DNA of 64,000 nt from Chrysomallon squamiferum (lineage: Eukaryota > Animalia > Mollusca). Numbering within the stretch: position 1 is the first letter of the stretch; each line of letters starts with the position of its first letter. Of this stretch, positions 28,501-43,200 are shown in pieces. The position numbers and the translations under genes are program-made. The notes beneath the pieces are model-generated. The model was not told the origin of the DNA. It worked only from the letters and a program-made list of their open reading frames with translations, and ran no database searches. Where the stretch lies: NCBI GenBank assembly GCA_012295275.1, contig CM022665.1, forward strand, positions 31,930,001 through 31,994,000. Direction: 5' to 3'.

Positions 28501-31500
28501 GATAATAAAAAATGCTATACAAGTAAAAAAACAAACAAAAAAACCCCAAAAAACAAACTATAAAGCATTATTTCACAATGAAAATAAATCCTACACTGTA
28601 AATATCATTCTTTCAAAAAGAAAAAATCCAGCTAACTTGCCACTAAAAAATTTCATTTCAATACCAGACAAGAACCTTTTGAAGGGAATAAAATTTCTTA
28701 AATATCTCAGAAGTTAATCTTCATCATTAAATATCCACAGCTGAAATGTCAACCAAAAGCTTGACCAGATGCCCCTATTAATAGAAGTAGCAGAAACATT
28801 CAATGAAAACTGATCACAGAATTCGGTGGTCATCCATTTTGGAAAACACTTGAACAAATTAGCAACTATTACTGAGTAATGGGCAAACAGAGAACAAACA
28901 CTGGTGACCGTGGATCTCATCTATAGGGAAAAATTGTCAGAATTGACTTAGATCATGTATGGAGGATTTTCAATGCCTCCTACCCAGGAGATTGGGATAA
29001 AACAGTCTCAGAAGTTGTGTGATTCATAGATAATCCTGTGTAAGAACACCTCTAAGTTAATGGTTTAAAATCATCACTGATAGTGATTTCTATGTAAATA
29101 GAAATTTTTATCATAAAACTTTATTTGATCCAGCAAATCCCATTTAAGATAGTTTCAGAGTTATGATTGAAACACTGATATCATTTAATTAATTTGTCTT
29201 TAATAAAGTAATCAATGATTCTATGTTAACCATGTTGTATAAAATAATGTTCTTTCTGTCTTTTATCAAAGTTCAGCTGTAAATCATTATTTATTTTCAA
29301 TATATATGTTTTTTCAATGCATGTCTCATTAAAGATGAAATAACAATGTTTACCAATCTTAAACTGTTTATCACTCATGATAAGATACAACACAATAAAT
29401 AAGATAGGATTCAACATAATAAGTGTACACAAACTTAAAAATGGGGATATGACATAATTATATAGCTTTACCTCCAAAGCAATATAGAGATATATACAAT
29501 ACAGAGATATTACACTAACTCACATAAAATGTATATAAACACAATAAATAGACATTATCTTCAGTATAGGATACAACACAACAGTGAGGTACTAATTCCC
29601 TAGATAGGATACAAAACAATGACAGGATACAAACTCATGAAAATATACAACCCACTACTTCATAGCAACAACTTTCAGCACAGGATGCAAACCAATTAGT
29701 CATTTCCAGCATAAGACACAATACAGTATCATAGTATTAATTCCTAAGATAGCATACACTATATAACAACAGGAAATTAATTTATAATTGCCAAGGAATA
29801 CAAATCTACCTGTGATACACCAAAGTTTTCACTGTTGCCAAATACTGAATCCATCTTACTGTAATAAAAGTCATACTTGAGAATTGTCATAAAATATTCG
29901 ATAATGTTAATTAATATGAACTGCACTGAGCAGTTATCTCCTTCTCAAAGTGTCAAGTGTTGTGACTCATTTTCATTACAAATGATTGATTGGAAAGTTA
30001 AACTATAACTGATCACTGGGAAAAAACATTCTGAAAATATAGGGAAATGTCAACATGCATTATAAATTTCATATTTCCACAGGCAAATACTTTAAATAAT
30101 GAATGAATGAGTAAATGTGTTTAATTACAACCAAACAGTTTATTATATTAAACATTATTTATGATAGATATGATATGGGCTTTCTGATAATTTAAATGTC
30201 TTTGAATAAATGCTGCTACCACCATTTCATTGGTTTCTCATAGTAGATTTATAGAATCTTTTATTTATGTGATTGACAGTTTAGTAGTCACATGTGTCTG
30301 TTTCTACACATTATCTGTCAATTTTTTTCTGAAAGATTCAACATTACACAGGATCTCTCTCTAACTCAAATCAGTGCATTTGATACATGAATCACTGAAT
30401 ACTGGCTGAAATGGGAAATACCTCAAATACATAGCCTACTCAAGAGTAACATATTACTGCAGCATTTTCCATAGACATACAGATACATGTGTCTGGGTCT
30501 ATATATGTATAATACAGCCTTTGTTCTAAGGATTTAACTACAAAAGTTGAGATATACAATCAACTGTCACTGAAATTGATGCATGAATCATGAAAAAGTA
30601 GCAAGCATGGGTATAACCCCATTAAAACATTAAGCTGTGCAGCATGCTCATATTAGCATGTCACTGTAGCACTTACACTGCTGATGAAGAAATCTTGGTT
30701 CTCAGTTTCAAAGAAAGAAAAGGAATCCAGTCACTGCAGTGAAAGGATAGGCTCTACATCGCATTATACCCAGCCAGATGGTGATCTCAGTGGACAGCAG
30801 TGGTCAACAGTGATAACTGACCATATCACATTCAATCATCATAACATGGCCAATAATGACCGATGACTAATCATGGGATAATAGCACTGTCCTTCCTTGA
30901 CCACCAAGAGAACTTGATAACTGGGAATCATACAAGATGAATCATTTTTTGATTTAATTTTCTCTGTCAAGTTCCCACAGAAATGAACAGTACACACACA
31001 TGGCACTGAATAAATGAATCAAATGAAGTGAAAATGTTGCATATTGTATTGGATAGTTTTTGTAATACTATCTGGCTGATATAGAATTTCATATTTCTGT
31101 GAGAATTAGTTATAAAATTATAACAGAATAATAAATTTTAAAATCAAATTTACAATTCCCAATTTGCACCAGCTAAACACTGGCAATGGGTTGTCAATTT
31201 AATTACTTGTTGTTACATAGTGATGCATACAAATTGTTTTTAAAAATTATAAATTAAAAAGAAATAGCTGTCATTATTAATCAATTTACTGAAATGGATT
31301 TTCAAGTTTTATAGTGAAATCCATCTTTTCCAACAAACTTTTCTGTAAATTACCCTAAGCTGTTTACCCAATATAATGTTACTTAAGATAATATTAGTTT
31401 AAAAATTAGTATTTGAAAAAGAATTTAACTAAATTTGGAAATGGTGGTTATACAGTCATTCTGTTATGGAAGCCATAATCATTATTTGAATGCAGCACTC

Positions 31501-31679
31501 AAAAGCATCGGTTCCAAAATAAATTTAAAGTCAGTTTTACTCTTTAATCAGTTTTTATGTGGGTATCTGCATCACCTGATACAGGCAGAATTAATAACTA
31601 AATAATTAAGTTACAGTAAAGTATTATTGCTGTCATATCAACTTATCATTAATCAAGGGATATAAATATTTTATTTATT

Positions 31680-32245
31680 TCTACATAGGTAAGGTTGCTA
31701 AATAACATACTGTACTGTAAGCTGGATGATCAAAACACTAAGACATTTACTGAATGACCATAACAAACAATAATAATTCTGTTTCATTTATTTAGTTTTG
31801 TATAACCAAGTATATATTTCTGTATGTAGTAACATTACAGTACTTTTAAATATTTCATTTATTTCTACATATATGTGAATAGATAAGGTTACTAAATAAC
31901 ATACAGTGCTCTGTACAGGCATTATTAAATACTGAAACATTCATTGAATGACCATAACAAACACTAGTAATTAATACTTTTTCATTTATTCTGTTTTGCA
32001 TAATCAAATATATAGTTCTGTGGGTAGGTAAGGTTAATAAATCACATTACAGTACTGTAACTTGAAAGCTGGATTCTCAAAACACTACAACCTTCATTGA
32101 ATGACCTTAACACTAACAATTAACATTCTTTCATTTATTCTGTTTTGTATAACATATATATGTGTGTGTGTGTTTGTAAATAAGGTTACAAAATAACATG
32201 TAGGTATCATTAAATGCCAAGATATTCAATGACCATAATAATCAA
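31680..32245. repeat. Four diverged tandem copies of a ~130-195 bp unit
   Basis: TAAGGTT..TAAATAACAT near 31690, 31884, 32028 and 32181; (TG)AATGACC(A/T)TAA near 31751, 31946, 32098 and 32229. Confidence 0.8.
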
Positions 32246-34228
32246 TAATAAAGAATTGCTATAATTATATTTTCTCTCTGATTGCCATGAAAGAATAACC
32301 AAATAATAATTATACTAGAGATAATCATTATCATTTTGCAGTGTCCTCTTGTTGAGTGAAAGCCTCTGCATGTTGTTACCACATTTCCATTTCTTGCAAG
32401 AGATACACTTAAATATTCCAAATGAAGTTTTAGCAGACAAGAGGGAGATAGTATATTATTTCTTTTAAGACATCCAATTACTGCACGCAACTGTCCAGAG
32501 TATTGTGAATGCCATAAAATAAACTCTAATAATTACAAAGTTATCATAAAAAAGAAAAGAAAAAAAAAGAAGATTAGAAATATAAAGTATATATAGATCA
32601 GAGAAAAACCCTGACTGTCAGCTGAGGCAGTGAGAGTTTCTGAGTATTGTGCTGAATAAATAACTATGATAACCAATTTGTCAATATTGTGAACACAAAC
32701 AGGCAATTTGGGCTTCCTCACGAGACCAGCCAGTGTCTTTTGTAACTGTTTCCCTAGAGGCCAGGAAACACAAGACACTATTAAATCATACACACTGTCC
32801 AGTCTGCTGCAAACTCTGTTTACTTTATTTGTGGTTTTTTATCAACTACATCTATCGGAATGCCAATAAAATTCAATAGTTCCTATTCTTTTAAATTATT
32901 TTTTAAAATAAAATTATTTTTCCTTATTTTTCTTCTTTTAAAAAAAAAGAAAAGAGAAAATCATAATGATGATTTTTATAGCAATAATTTTACATTAAGT
33001 TATATCTAAAATACATGCATTATGATCATCTTCATCACAGTAATTTTGTGTTTCCCATTTAAAGGATCAAACATATTTATTATTATGTGTCTTACATCAT
33101 TAAGGAAAAAGAAAATATAAAATATCTGAGGAGAATTACACAAATGATAGATATTTTTTATTACTGAATACCTTAAATGAAAAACTCAATTACCTTTTTT
33201 TTTTTCTTTTAATCGTATACCCCCATTAATATTTAATAAATGTTCATTTTAAAAACAGTTTATAATTATTATATAATGCTTGGTATTTTATAAGCATATT
33301 ATTAAAATGACAGCAGACTATTTATTTGTAAATAGTTTTGTCTAACTTTATACATTAGTACATACAGACATCCAATGGTTACTCAGTGTGCCTAGATAAT
33401 TTCACTGTTATGTATACCAGTATAAAAGCTAAATTCCTTTCTTCCGTAGTAAATGGTATTTAGAAATTCTTTCTTTGACTGGCTGTCCATGTAATGTAAG
33501 GATGATAGATAACACATGACAATCTTGATTTAGACTACACTGCATGTCTTATGTTGTGTGTGTGTGTGTCTGTATATTTATTTTGTTTGTATATATGTGG
33601 GTGTGTATGTAATTATGTATGTATATATGCATATATGAATTAGGGACATAAATATGTATATGGGTTTATGAATGTGTATGTATGTACATTATGTTTGTAT
33701 GCATGAGCTGAATGATAGTATGTGTAAATGTATGGACTAATATTTGTGAAACTAATATTTAAAACTAATAAGCTAGGAATCAACATATAGGCCTACATGT
33801 AGTATCTATTATCAGCTTCATGCTGGATACACTTTCAAGCAAAAGATTACATAATCATTCCTTTATCTGGAATATCTACTATATTACCAGTTACTACTAT
33901 CTGTAACATACAACAATATTCCATTTTAATTTTATCCAAGTCTTAAACATTATTTTTTTCATAATTTGAGCTTACTAAGAGTTATATTATTGAATATGAC
34001 ATTATTATTTTATTTTATTATTTTTGTTAAGTACTATGGTAAAGTACTTTTTTTTTTTTTTAATAAGGACAAACTGATCAGTGTTTAATATTTGAAATCA
34101 TTAGTGTAATCTCATGTATTAAGTGTGAAGATTAATCTCTATCAGTTTTATCCTTCTGATTTATTAAACAAGATGTTTTCAGTAGAAGTAGTAGTTAACT
34201 GTACATCATCACGTCATCAGTGCATTTC

Positions 34229-34231
<3 letters not shown>

Positions 34232-34274
<43 letters not shown>
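34232..34274. repeat. (TG)n(AG)n microsatellite
   Basis: Seen directly. Confidence 0.95.
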
Positions 34275-35982
34275 AAATGTATATATGTGTATGTACCTAT
34301 GCTGTTTGTATAAATTTATGTAAATGTGTATGTGGATGTATGTCTACGAGTGAATATATTTAGATATACATTTGTGTGTACAGCAACACACAAAGAAAAA
34401 CACATATATACTTATATAAGCCGAAATATACATCTGTGTATTGTTCTGTATTACAAATAAGGTCAGTTTTAAATATGGATTATACACAATGATTAAAATA
34501 TTTTAAATGGTTTTTGTGTGCAGTGATTAATATCACTTGACATTGTAATGACACTACATTTATCAAAGAAAAAAAGCATGTAACAACAATTTATAACATA
34601 GCCTCAAGCGGATTCAATAATCTTAACTGTATTATTTAATTTTTTAAAATTTTATTGACACTCTTCCAATAATTATTTCTAAAAGTTCAAATCAATATTT
34701 TAAATTATTATTAAAATATTTTTTTATTTATGATATTTATGCATTATATAAATATATGTAGTTGAAAAAATTGGTTTATTTATTCATCTTACAATGTTTA
34801 AAATATTAAAAGAAACTTTGGAATTTAAAGATAAAATATTCATTTCATATTCATCTGATAAAATAAACAATACTAAAAATTATTATGTTAAATTTATCTA
34901 ACTTACCTTTCTTGAGAATGACTATGATGTAAATATGTCACTTAAGTCTCCAGATGACACAATGTTATTATTATAACTGCACAATGTATTAAATTTCCAA
35001 ATAAAAATTCTATATAGATGTATAAGTAGGAAACTTTTCAAATGACAATTCACTCTATGTGAAATTTAAGTTTCCTAATAAGAATGTTGTATGTATACAA
35101 TTGTGAGTTTCCAAATGATAATTCTTTATATATAAATTTCAAATTTACAAATACAACTTCAGTATTTGAGAGTAAAAATTTCCAAATTTAAAATCTGTGT
35201 GTTATTTACAAACAATTAAAACTTTGAACACATATGTTGACAGAACTATTGAAAAGATCCTAAAGTTCTTGTTATAATAGCAGGAATCACAGTAACCACT
35301 GGCAACCAGAGGAAGAACCTTCTATCTACCTACAGATGCTGACAGTAAATCAGAATGGTCACATGGCACAGACAGTTATACACATCCAAGAATTGTTCCT
35401 ATGAGAAACCATAAACAATGTTTTCTATTCTTCTATCTGCATGCAAGAACACCACATGCAGATGGCTTTACACCAGTAACTGGGACAGTCCATTGCAGCA
35501 TAAGGGGGTGTTAGAAGACAGAGACCAATACAATATTGATTTCAGTGGAAATCTGATATAGGGCTTCCCTGTCTGGGTTAGTGTCATTTTTTTAACTGCT
35601 CTGTTTATTTAAAAATGTCAAATCATATTAAACAGATTTATGAATTAATAATATTATTATGTGTTTAGTTTATTTTGCTACTTTTAAAGTATTTTGTTGA
35701 GAAATTAATTGTTTAATTGTCTACATGGAAATACATTAAACTAGCAATAAATTGCTCAGTATAGCATTGTATGTAACAGTGACTATTAATATTGATTATG
35801 TAATGTGTGTGTATATGTGTCTATGAGTGTGTGTTTATATATCTTATGTAGATTTAAGATCATGGAAAATAAATCCAGGCTACAATGTTTTTGGTGCATA
35901 TTAAGACATTACCTTTTTACTAAAATAACAAGTATATCCACAGGTATTATGATACATTTTAATAACTGAATATTTATTTGTA

Positions 35983-36015
35983 TGTGCGTGTGTGTGTGTG
36001 TGTGTGAGAGAGGGC

Positions 36016-36059
<44 letters not shown>
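35983..36059. repeat. (TG)n followed by (GA)n microsatellite
   Basis: Seen directly. Confidence 0.95.
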
Positions 36060-36063
<4 letters not shown>

Positions 36064-38903
36064 TGTGTGTGGATTGGTGCTGAGTGTGTGCTGTTTTCCT
36101 ATTCTAACAAGTGCTCTGTAACTAATTTACCAGTGACTAAGGCATATTTCCTGTCTATGGGAAATGATAAATATAAAAGATCCATTACAGCTAATTGAAA
36201 AATTATCAAAAGGTTTTAGTAGTGGCATTAAGTAAAACAGTTGGTAGTATTCCTATTATAATAATAATAATAATAATTATTATTATTAAAGCTGACATTA
36301 TTTTCAGGACTATGTGGATGAAAAAAATGTGCTTCATAACACCTTTCTTTGGCAATATTTAGACTGAATGTAAAAATTTAAGTCATTAATTAAACAGTAC
36401 TGAAAAAAGTAAAAAAATAAAAATATTCTATTTCAGTAAAACTGCCAATCACATGTAATACAATATATATAAAACAATTAATATTTTGCAATCCATCAGA
36501 ATTAATTTCATTTTTTTTTTTTTTTTAATTATTCAAAGCATAATAGCTAGACAATTAAACTCTTGCATTTTGTTTCATATAGGCTCCAGGATCTGTTGGG
36601 TCTGTTTGCTGACCCTGAAAGCTGATACCTGTCCAGTGGTAGGGGCCACTCAGCAACTGCCGATTAATTGCTTTTTGCTGTTGTCTGAAGTATCCTTGGT
36701 AAACACTGTTATTTACACTGGCTGTTCATTTCTGTATAATGACAATGTTTTGAAAGTCAAAACAGTCATTTGTCATAATGAACTCAAAATGTCATTTTAT
36801 TTTTAATGGATGGATATCGTGAGTTGATGAATATTATGCAGGGAAATGGATGTAACAGAAATATAATACTGATATTGCTGTACTGAGATTTTGGCTGGAT
36901 ATAAATGATAGAACTTCATTCACTGTGAAAGCTGGTTACAGGTATATATATTAATACTTCATTAATATATTGTCCCATTGTCTTAAAAACCCTGTGTTAA
37001 AATCCCTTTGTCAGAACTCAAGGATTTTAAACAAAAGGGATTTGATCAAGAAGGGCTTTGGATTATCAATATTGCAGCAATGCTTAGAATGAGAACTGAA
37101 ATCAGCTATTATTTGTATTCATTTTATAGGAAAGTCCTGGAATAAAAATAACTTGTTCTTAATAGAAAAGTATTGAACAGCAGCCAAAATAAAAATAAAA
37201 ATGTTTTACCTCTATATAAATAATGAAAGAATGAATGATTGAATTAATTAATAAAAAAATGAAGATTTCTGAATTAAACATCAATAATTAAAAAAGTTAT
37301 TAATAATATGTTGTTGTTCTTTATCCGACTTTCTATGTATAAATTAAAATTTGGTTATCTACTTTCACTTAACAAAGACCAACAAGCATGACATTCATTA
37401 AATATAATAAACTGAAATTTAATGTTATTATAATAATTATCAACTTATCTTTTAAGACAAAAAGGAGATTAGTTTCACTTAGTATAAGACTAACAAATAT
37501 GACATTTATTATATGCAGTGAAATGCAGTTTTATATTATAGACTAACAGCTTTTAAAAATGTTAAGTAGAATATACCAAAGGATTTAATAAAATAGCATT
37601 ATCTCATTGCCAGCATGAAATAAAACCTACAATTTGAAGATTTAAAAAAATGTTATGTAAAAATAAAATGATTAACAAGGAAATGATACAGACAATAAAA
37701 ACAATTCCTCTTATTCTTTATATTTTTCTGTACTGCAAATATTCTCTTCTGCAAAATTAGAAAGCAAAAACTGAAGAGCACATTTCTTTTATGAGAAGAC
37801 TGAGTTAAAAAAAACCATGTTAATTGCAGAATGATCTTTATTTTAAATGGAAAACGAGAATCAATATTTGTAAAATGGCAAATAAAGGAATCTTCAGCTG
37901 AGGCTAATAAAACATTTAAGTTCTAGATTCAAGTAGTCATAGCAACAGCATTTTTAGTTTTTACTTTTATATTATTAAAAATAAATACATTTAAAAGTAA
38001 GCAATATTTTGTATCTATCATTTAGAGAAATGATTTAGAGAAACTTATACATATTTATTTTTTAATTATACAGAAAAGTATTTTATTTTATTTTATTATT
38101 ATTTTTTAATTATTCTATTTTTCTATAACTATAAGAAATATGTCTAAAGATAATAATAACTGTAACCATTATCAAAAATAAATATTTCAGATCAGTTTTT
38201 TGAAACAACAAACTGAAAACATTTTTAAAGAAGCCCCAAAAATTAAACAGTTTTTAATTTACTTTTTTTAATTCTGAATTTGTTTTGGTAATCTGAATAT
38301 GAAGTACTGGTCTCTGATTCAGGAACTACGTGCCCCAGAACTGTACAAATGAGTTGAAAACAATAATCACATAATGTGTTACACTGAAACAATGTAAAAG
38401 GAAAATGTGGAACAGACGGACACATCCAACATTAAGTTATTCCTGTAACAGCATTGTGTAGGAAGTAATTCTATTAGTACAGTACTGTCACAGTTCCAGC
38501 AACAGCTCTTCAAAGAATGCAATTTCCATAGCAAATTAACATCTCAGTGTAAAAAAACTATGATGAGTCAAAGTGCCATTTTGAGTCAGTTGCCAAAATA
38601 CCAAATAGCACTGTGCATAAATGTTTAGTCGCTGCTTTCCATAAAAAGATGAATTCAGTGGAACATTGGAATATTTTTCAGTATAATATGTTAAAAGACA
38701 GCCAGTGAGGAAATTTAATTAATTTTGACTGAGTTTTTATGGCTGTATAAATAACACATTGCTTGATCAATGGGAAGGTACATAGTGAGAAAAAACCTAT
38801 TTTGAAAGGTACTGCAGTAGCACAATATAATTGATTTTTCCGCACATCATCCTTGATTCCTAAAGAAAATTAACACATCAATGATTAGGTAAAATTATAA
38901 ATT

Positions 38904-38904
<1 letters not shown>

Positions 38905-38938
<34 letters not shown>
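38905..38938. repeat. (CA)n microsatellite
   Basis: Seen directly. Confidence 0.95.
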
Positions 38939-38940
<2 letters not shown>

Positions 38941-40175
38941 TACAAATGGCTTCTGCTATTTATTTTCTTAATTTAAAATGATGACATTTCTGGATATGTA
39001 ACTTCTACAGAGAGTAACAATAATGTGTCATGTCTGATTAGCACAGCTGTGTGCAAATTTCAAGTATAAAGTAACTGATACATATGAAGAATTACCCCAA
39101 CTTTTCACTTCTAGTCACAAGAAAATAGTTTCCTCAAACACACAATAAATTATGTCAAAAGAAAATTATCTCATCTCTGGCTGGTCATAATAATATTCCC
39201 AGATTTTCTTATCTCTGACTGCAGAAGAGCTGATCAGTCTGAGAAAGGGAGACAACTATGTTAACACTGTAACAGTTAAAATGTTTAATATGATACAGCT
39301 GTTCTCTGGCTTGGAAACATTTTTCACTTTTGTTCAACAACAATAGATAATTAAATTTCCTTCTCCCTAAGACAAATTACTGAAGTTATAGTTAGTATTA
39401 TTACTTTTTTTGTTGTTGTTGAATATAATCAGTTTTGTCTTGAAGACATCTGCAGTATCTGAATCATGGTGAATCCAGATGGCATGCTTACATATTTGTC
39501 ATCCTCAGCATAATGTAAAATTAGTGACTGTTTTGGGTGGGTTTTTCAACAAAAAAAATCATACATTTTTGTCTTCTCTTTCAAAAACAAAATCATGGAC
39601 AGATGTTTGTCTGTGTGCCAAGATCATTTATTTTATCCAGTGATTTTATAAATTACTTAATTGTGTTAAACTTTTGATAAATATCTTTTAGGTTTCTGAC
39701 CAAATGAAACTGAACCATAAATTACTGAATTAGAAATATTTCTTCTGTTCTTTTATTCATTTTATACTGGATTTGTATTATTTAATCATTGTCTTTTTGT
39801 CTCAGCTTAGGTTTTTATTTAATCTGATAATTAAAAATATCTCTTTTGAGTTTCACAATTCTGTATGAATTATATTTAATAAGTGAAAGGCTTATAATCA
39901 GCTATGCCATAATGAAGAGTACATAGTTTTAGAGATATGCTGAAATTCTTAAAGTATACATAAAATTTTAAAATAAAATGTTGCATGGTTACAATTAAAC
40001 GTTTTATACAGATATATATATTATTACATATATGTTATACCATTCGGACACTGAAAGAGCATATAAACAATTTTCAGTATAATATGCACTAAACTCATTT
40101 CATATTTCTTTGGGGTTAGATTCCTCTGGTTTTCAGCCCTTCAGTTACACACATTTTTTTTTTAAATGTACTTAC

Positions 40176-40228
40176 CATCTGAGCTGAATTCTTAGGTTTC
40201 AACTTTATTTCCTTCATCTTCTCATTAG
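40176..40228 (-). CDS. NAV2: Neuron navigator exon B (53 nt, phase 1->0): (T)NEKMKEIKLKPKNSAQM
   Basis: Long poly-T tract then tacag|CTAATGAG and donor CAGATG|gtaagt. It continues the frame of exon A and resembles NAV 'ANEKIEDINGCPKNRSQM'. Absent from the ORF track. Confidence 0.93.
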
Positions 40229-43200
40229 CTGTAAAAAAAAAAAAAAAAAAATGAATAAAAATAAAAATAATAACAATAATTATTATGAAAATAATATTTA
40301 GAATATATATAAAACATCAATCATCATACATTTTCTAGACATTAAGGTATATTCTGTTTACTTCCAAAATTTTAACAACATTTATGAATATTAATGAAAT
40401 GACTCAAAATGGGATAAGATGTGGATAAAAAACAGCATAAAATTAACAATGCAATCAATCATATGAAAAATAAAACTTTTTTTTGCAATTACATTACAGT
40501 ATCAAAGTGACTTGTTCAACCTCAGTGCAAGTTAAAATAAAAGTTTTAAAAAATGAGTTTTTGTGTTTAGATTTCAGTAGGGAACAGTGGTTATCAGTTA
40601 CAACTGACCATCAGTGACAAAGACCATCAATCAACTGAGTGACTTTTGACCTTTCCAACAGAACAGTTGACAATTTTATCCAAATCATTTGGGAAGAGAT
40701 TTTGTTGAAAATGGAAATTAAGACAATTAATTTTCTCATGATTTATGTGACACTTTATCAATATTTGATGAATAGGCTAAACTTCAAAATGACATAACCA
40801 ATTGTTTTCTTCTTCCTTTTCTCTCTTTCTTTTCAATTATTATTAACATGTTATTGCACAGTTTATACTGTCTAGCTGTTTAAAATGTTTATTCCTCTAA
40901 AAATAGCTAAAACTAATAAAAAAAGAATTTAATATAACATTTATATAATTCTATAAAAAAATTAATTCTGTTTATTAATTCCTTTAAATTATTGTTAAAA
41001 TATACCATAATAAAGGCACAAGTAATGAGAATCATTTCTGTAAATTATCAAACCAATAGCTTGATCACTTTAATTTCATTTAAAAGATTACATCTCATTA
41101 TATTTTTTTAAAAGTTTTAAAATGCAATTTATGTAATTCTACAATATTGTGTTTTTCATTTTAATTACCATTAAATGTAATAGTACATGTGTTCCATGTG
41201 ATTTACCTATATGCACTGTCTTAAGGTTGCACTCCACATCTTATGATCAGTTAAATCTTCTGTGTATGGGTGTGTGTGTGTGTATATTATTTTTTCTTCA
41301 TATATTTTAATTTGATTACACTTAAATGCCATAATACATACAATGAAAGTTATCTCTGTACATTATTACATCAGTATCTTTACCACTTCTTGTTACTTAA
41401 AAGATTTACATTTTTCACAGGATATTTTAAACTTATAAACAGGATTTTATCAAAGTGAATGTAATTGTAATCTGCTGTGAAGCACTGAAAACATATCAGT
41501 AAGCATGAAAAATAATTTCCAAGCAGAGCTTCACAGAACTATAGGATTCCAGAAATCTTCTTCAGAAGTTCCAAAAAAAATGTATACAACCAAAGATTTT
41601 TAGTATATTAAAACATATGTTTATCTGTTTATCCTCAACAATTCTAATATATCTTTTTACAAAAACTATCAATGCACAAATTCATTGTCTTAAAATAAAA
41701 ATGTCAAAAATAAAATAAATAATAAGAAGAAAAACTATATTCATAAATGGTATCTTCAAATAAAAGTAATTGCTAATAACTTTTTGCTTAACATTATAGT
41801 TAAAACAGAATTAAAATAAACTGCCAGAGAATGTTTTTTAAACAACAAGAAATTATTGCTTATGATAAAGGCTCCATTTAAAATATAACACTTGACATAA
41901 AATACATTTTATGATATTATCAAAGAAATGACATCTTGAGTTTATAATAGAGAGAAATTATAGGTTTTTTTATGTTCTTTTAACTATATATATTAAATTA
42001 AATGAGTCCTAAAAATTTATTTTTAAATATTTAAATAAATTTTATTAAAATAGATAATAACATAAATAATATTAATTTATATTGGTTGGATACATATACA
42101 TATAACAATATGAGCTTCCCTACATCCACAAATACAGAAAGTTTAACAATATAAATATTATTTATTCTGTTTGAAACTTGTATCACGAAAATTCTATAAA
42201 ACCAATTACTTTAGCAATAACAGTAATAACCCATCAAATGAATGGTTAGCCTATTCCAAACTAACACTAACAAAATCTATGTTAACAGAAAACAATATCA
42301 GTTGATAAAACCAGCAAAACAAGATATTCCCAAGCTAAAAGGTTGCAAGTAGGATTTTACTGAACTCTTTGAGAAAGAGGAGCAGCTAAAAGGGTTGACA
42401 GACAAAATAAAAACTTCTTGTTTCATTTCCTTGAAGCTCTTTCATAATCAATATGATTAAGAGAAGATTTGCTAGACAATTGCCTTTGGTCTGATTTGCC
42501 AGACTTATCACAGCAATGTGGTCTGCTGAACAAATATTAAATGATACCAGAATTAATTGGAAAAGCAACAGATAGACATCATAACAGAACTTAAAGGTTT
42601 TCAGACTAAGTGTGATAATCTTCATTTATTGACCTCTTTATTTTCTATCAGTTTTCTTTGGCTGCATGAAAAATATTATTACTTTCTTATTCAGTTGTTT
42701 CAGGTAACTTTAAACAGTCATCAGCTGTTCACTTAGTGAGAGATATATTCATAAATGCTATGTTAAAATTAGGGTAAACTTTTCAACTGAAAATATGAAA
42801 GGAGACTATATAACTAATTAATCCTTGAACAGAAATCTTTAATTACTGATGAAGAAGAAAAACATTCAGTAAAAATAAGAAACTTGAAACCTGTTGAAAT
42901 TTCAACTGAAATTAATTTTGAACAGATTCTTAAAGCATACCAGAGGCAGATATTTGTCAGTCTCTAAAGATTATCTGATTTCTAAATATTTATTTTTTTA
43001 AGTATTTTTTTCCTTTCAAATTGAAATTTCTACATGGAACTGACAGTTGTCTTTGTTATTAAAAACTGAAATCTTAATTTATCTGAAAAAACTCCTGGTG
43101 ATATTTTAAACTGTCAATCAAAACGTTAGTGGACCTTTGCAGATATAGCAGATGCTCTGTCATGCAAAAATAACCTACATTTTTTTTTTTTTTTAATTTC

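Noticed and set aside
34901-34980. Perfect minus-strand donor AAG|GTAAGT
   Set aside because: No convincing acceptor or coding signal upstream.
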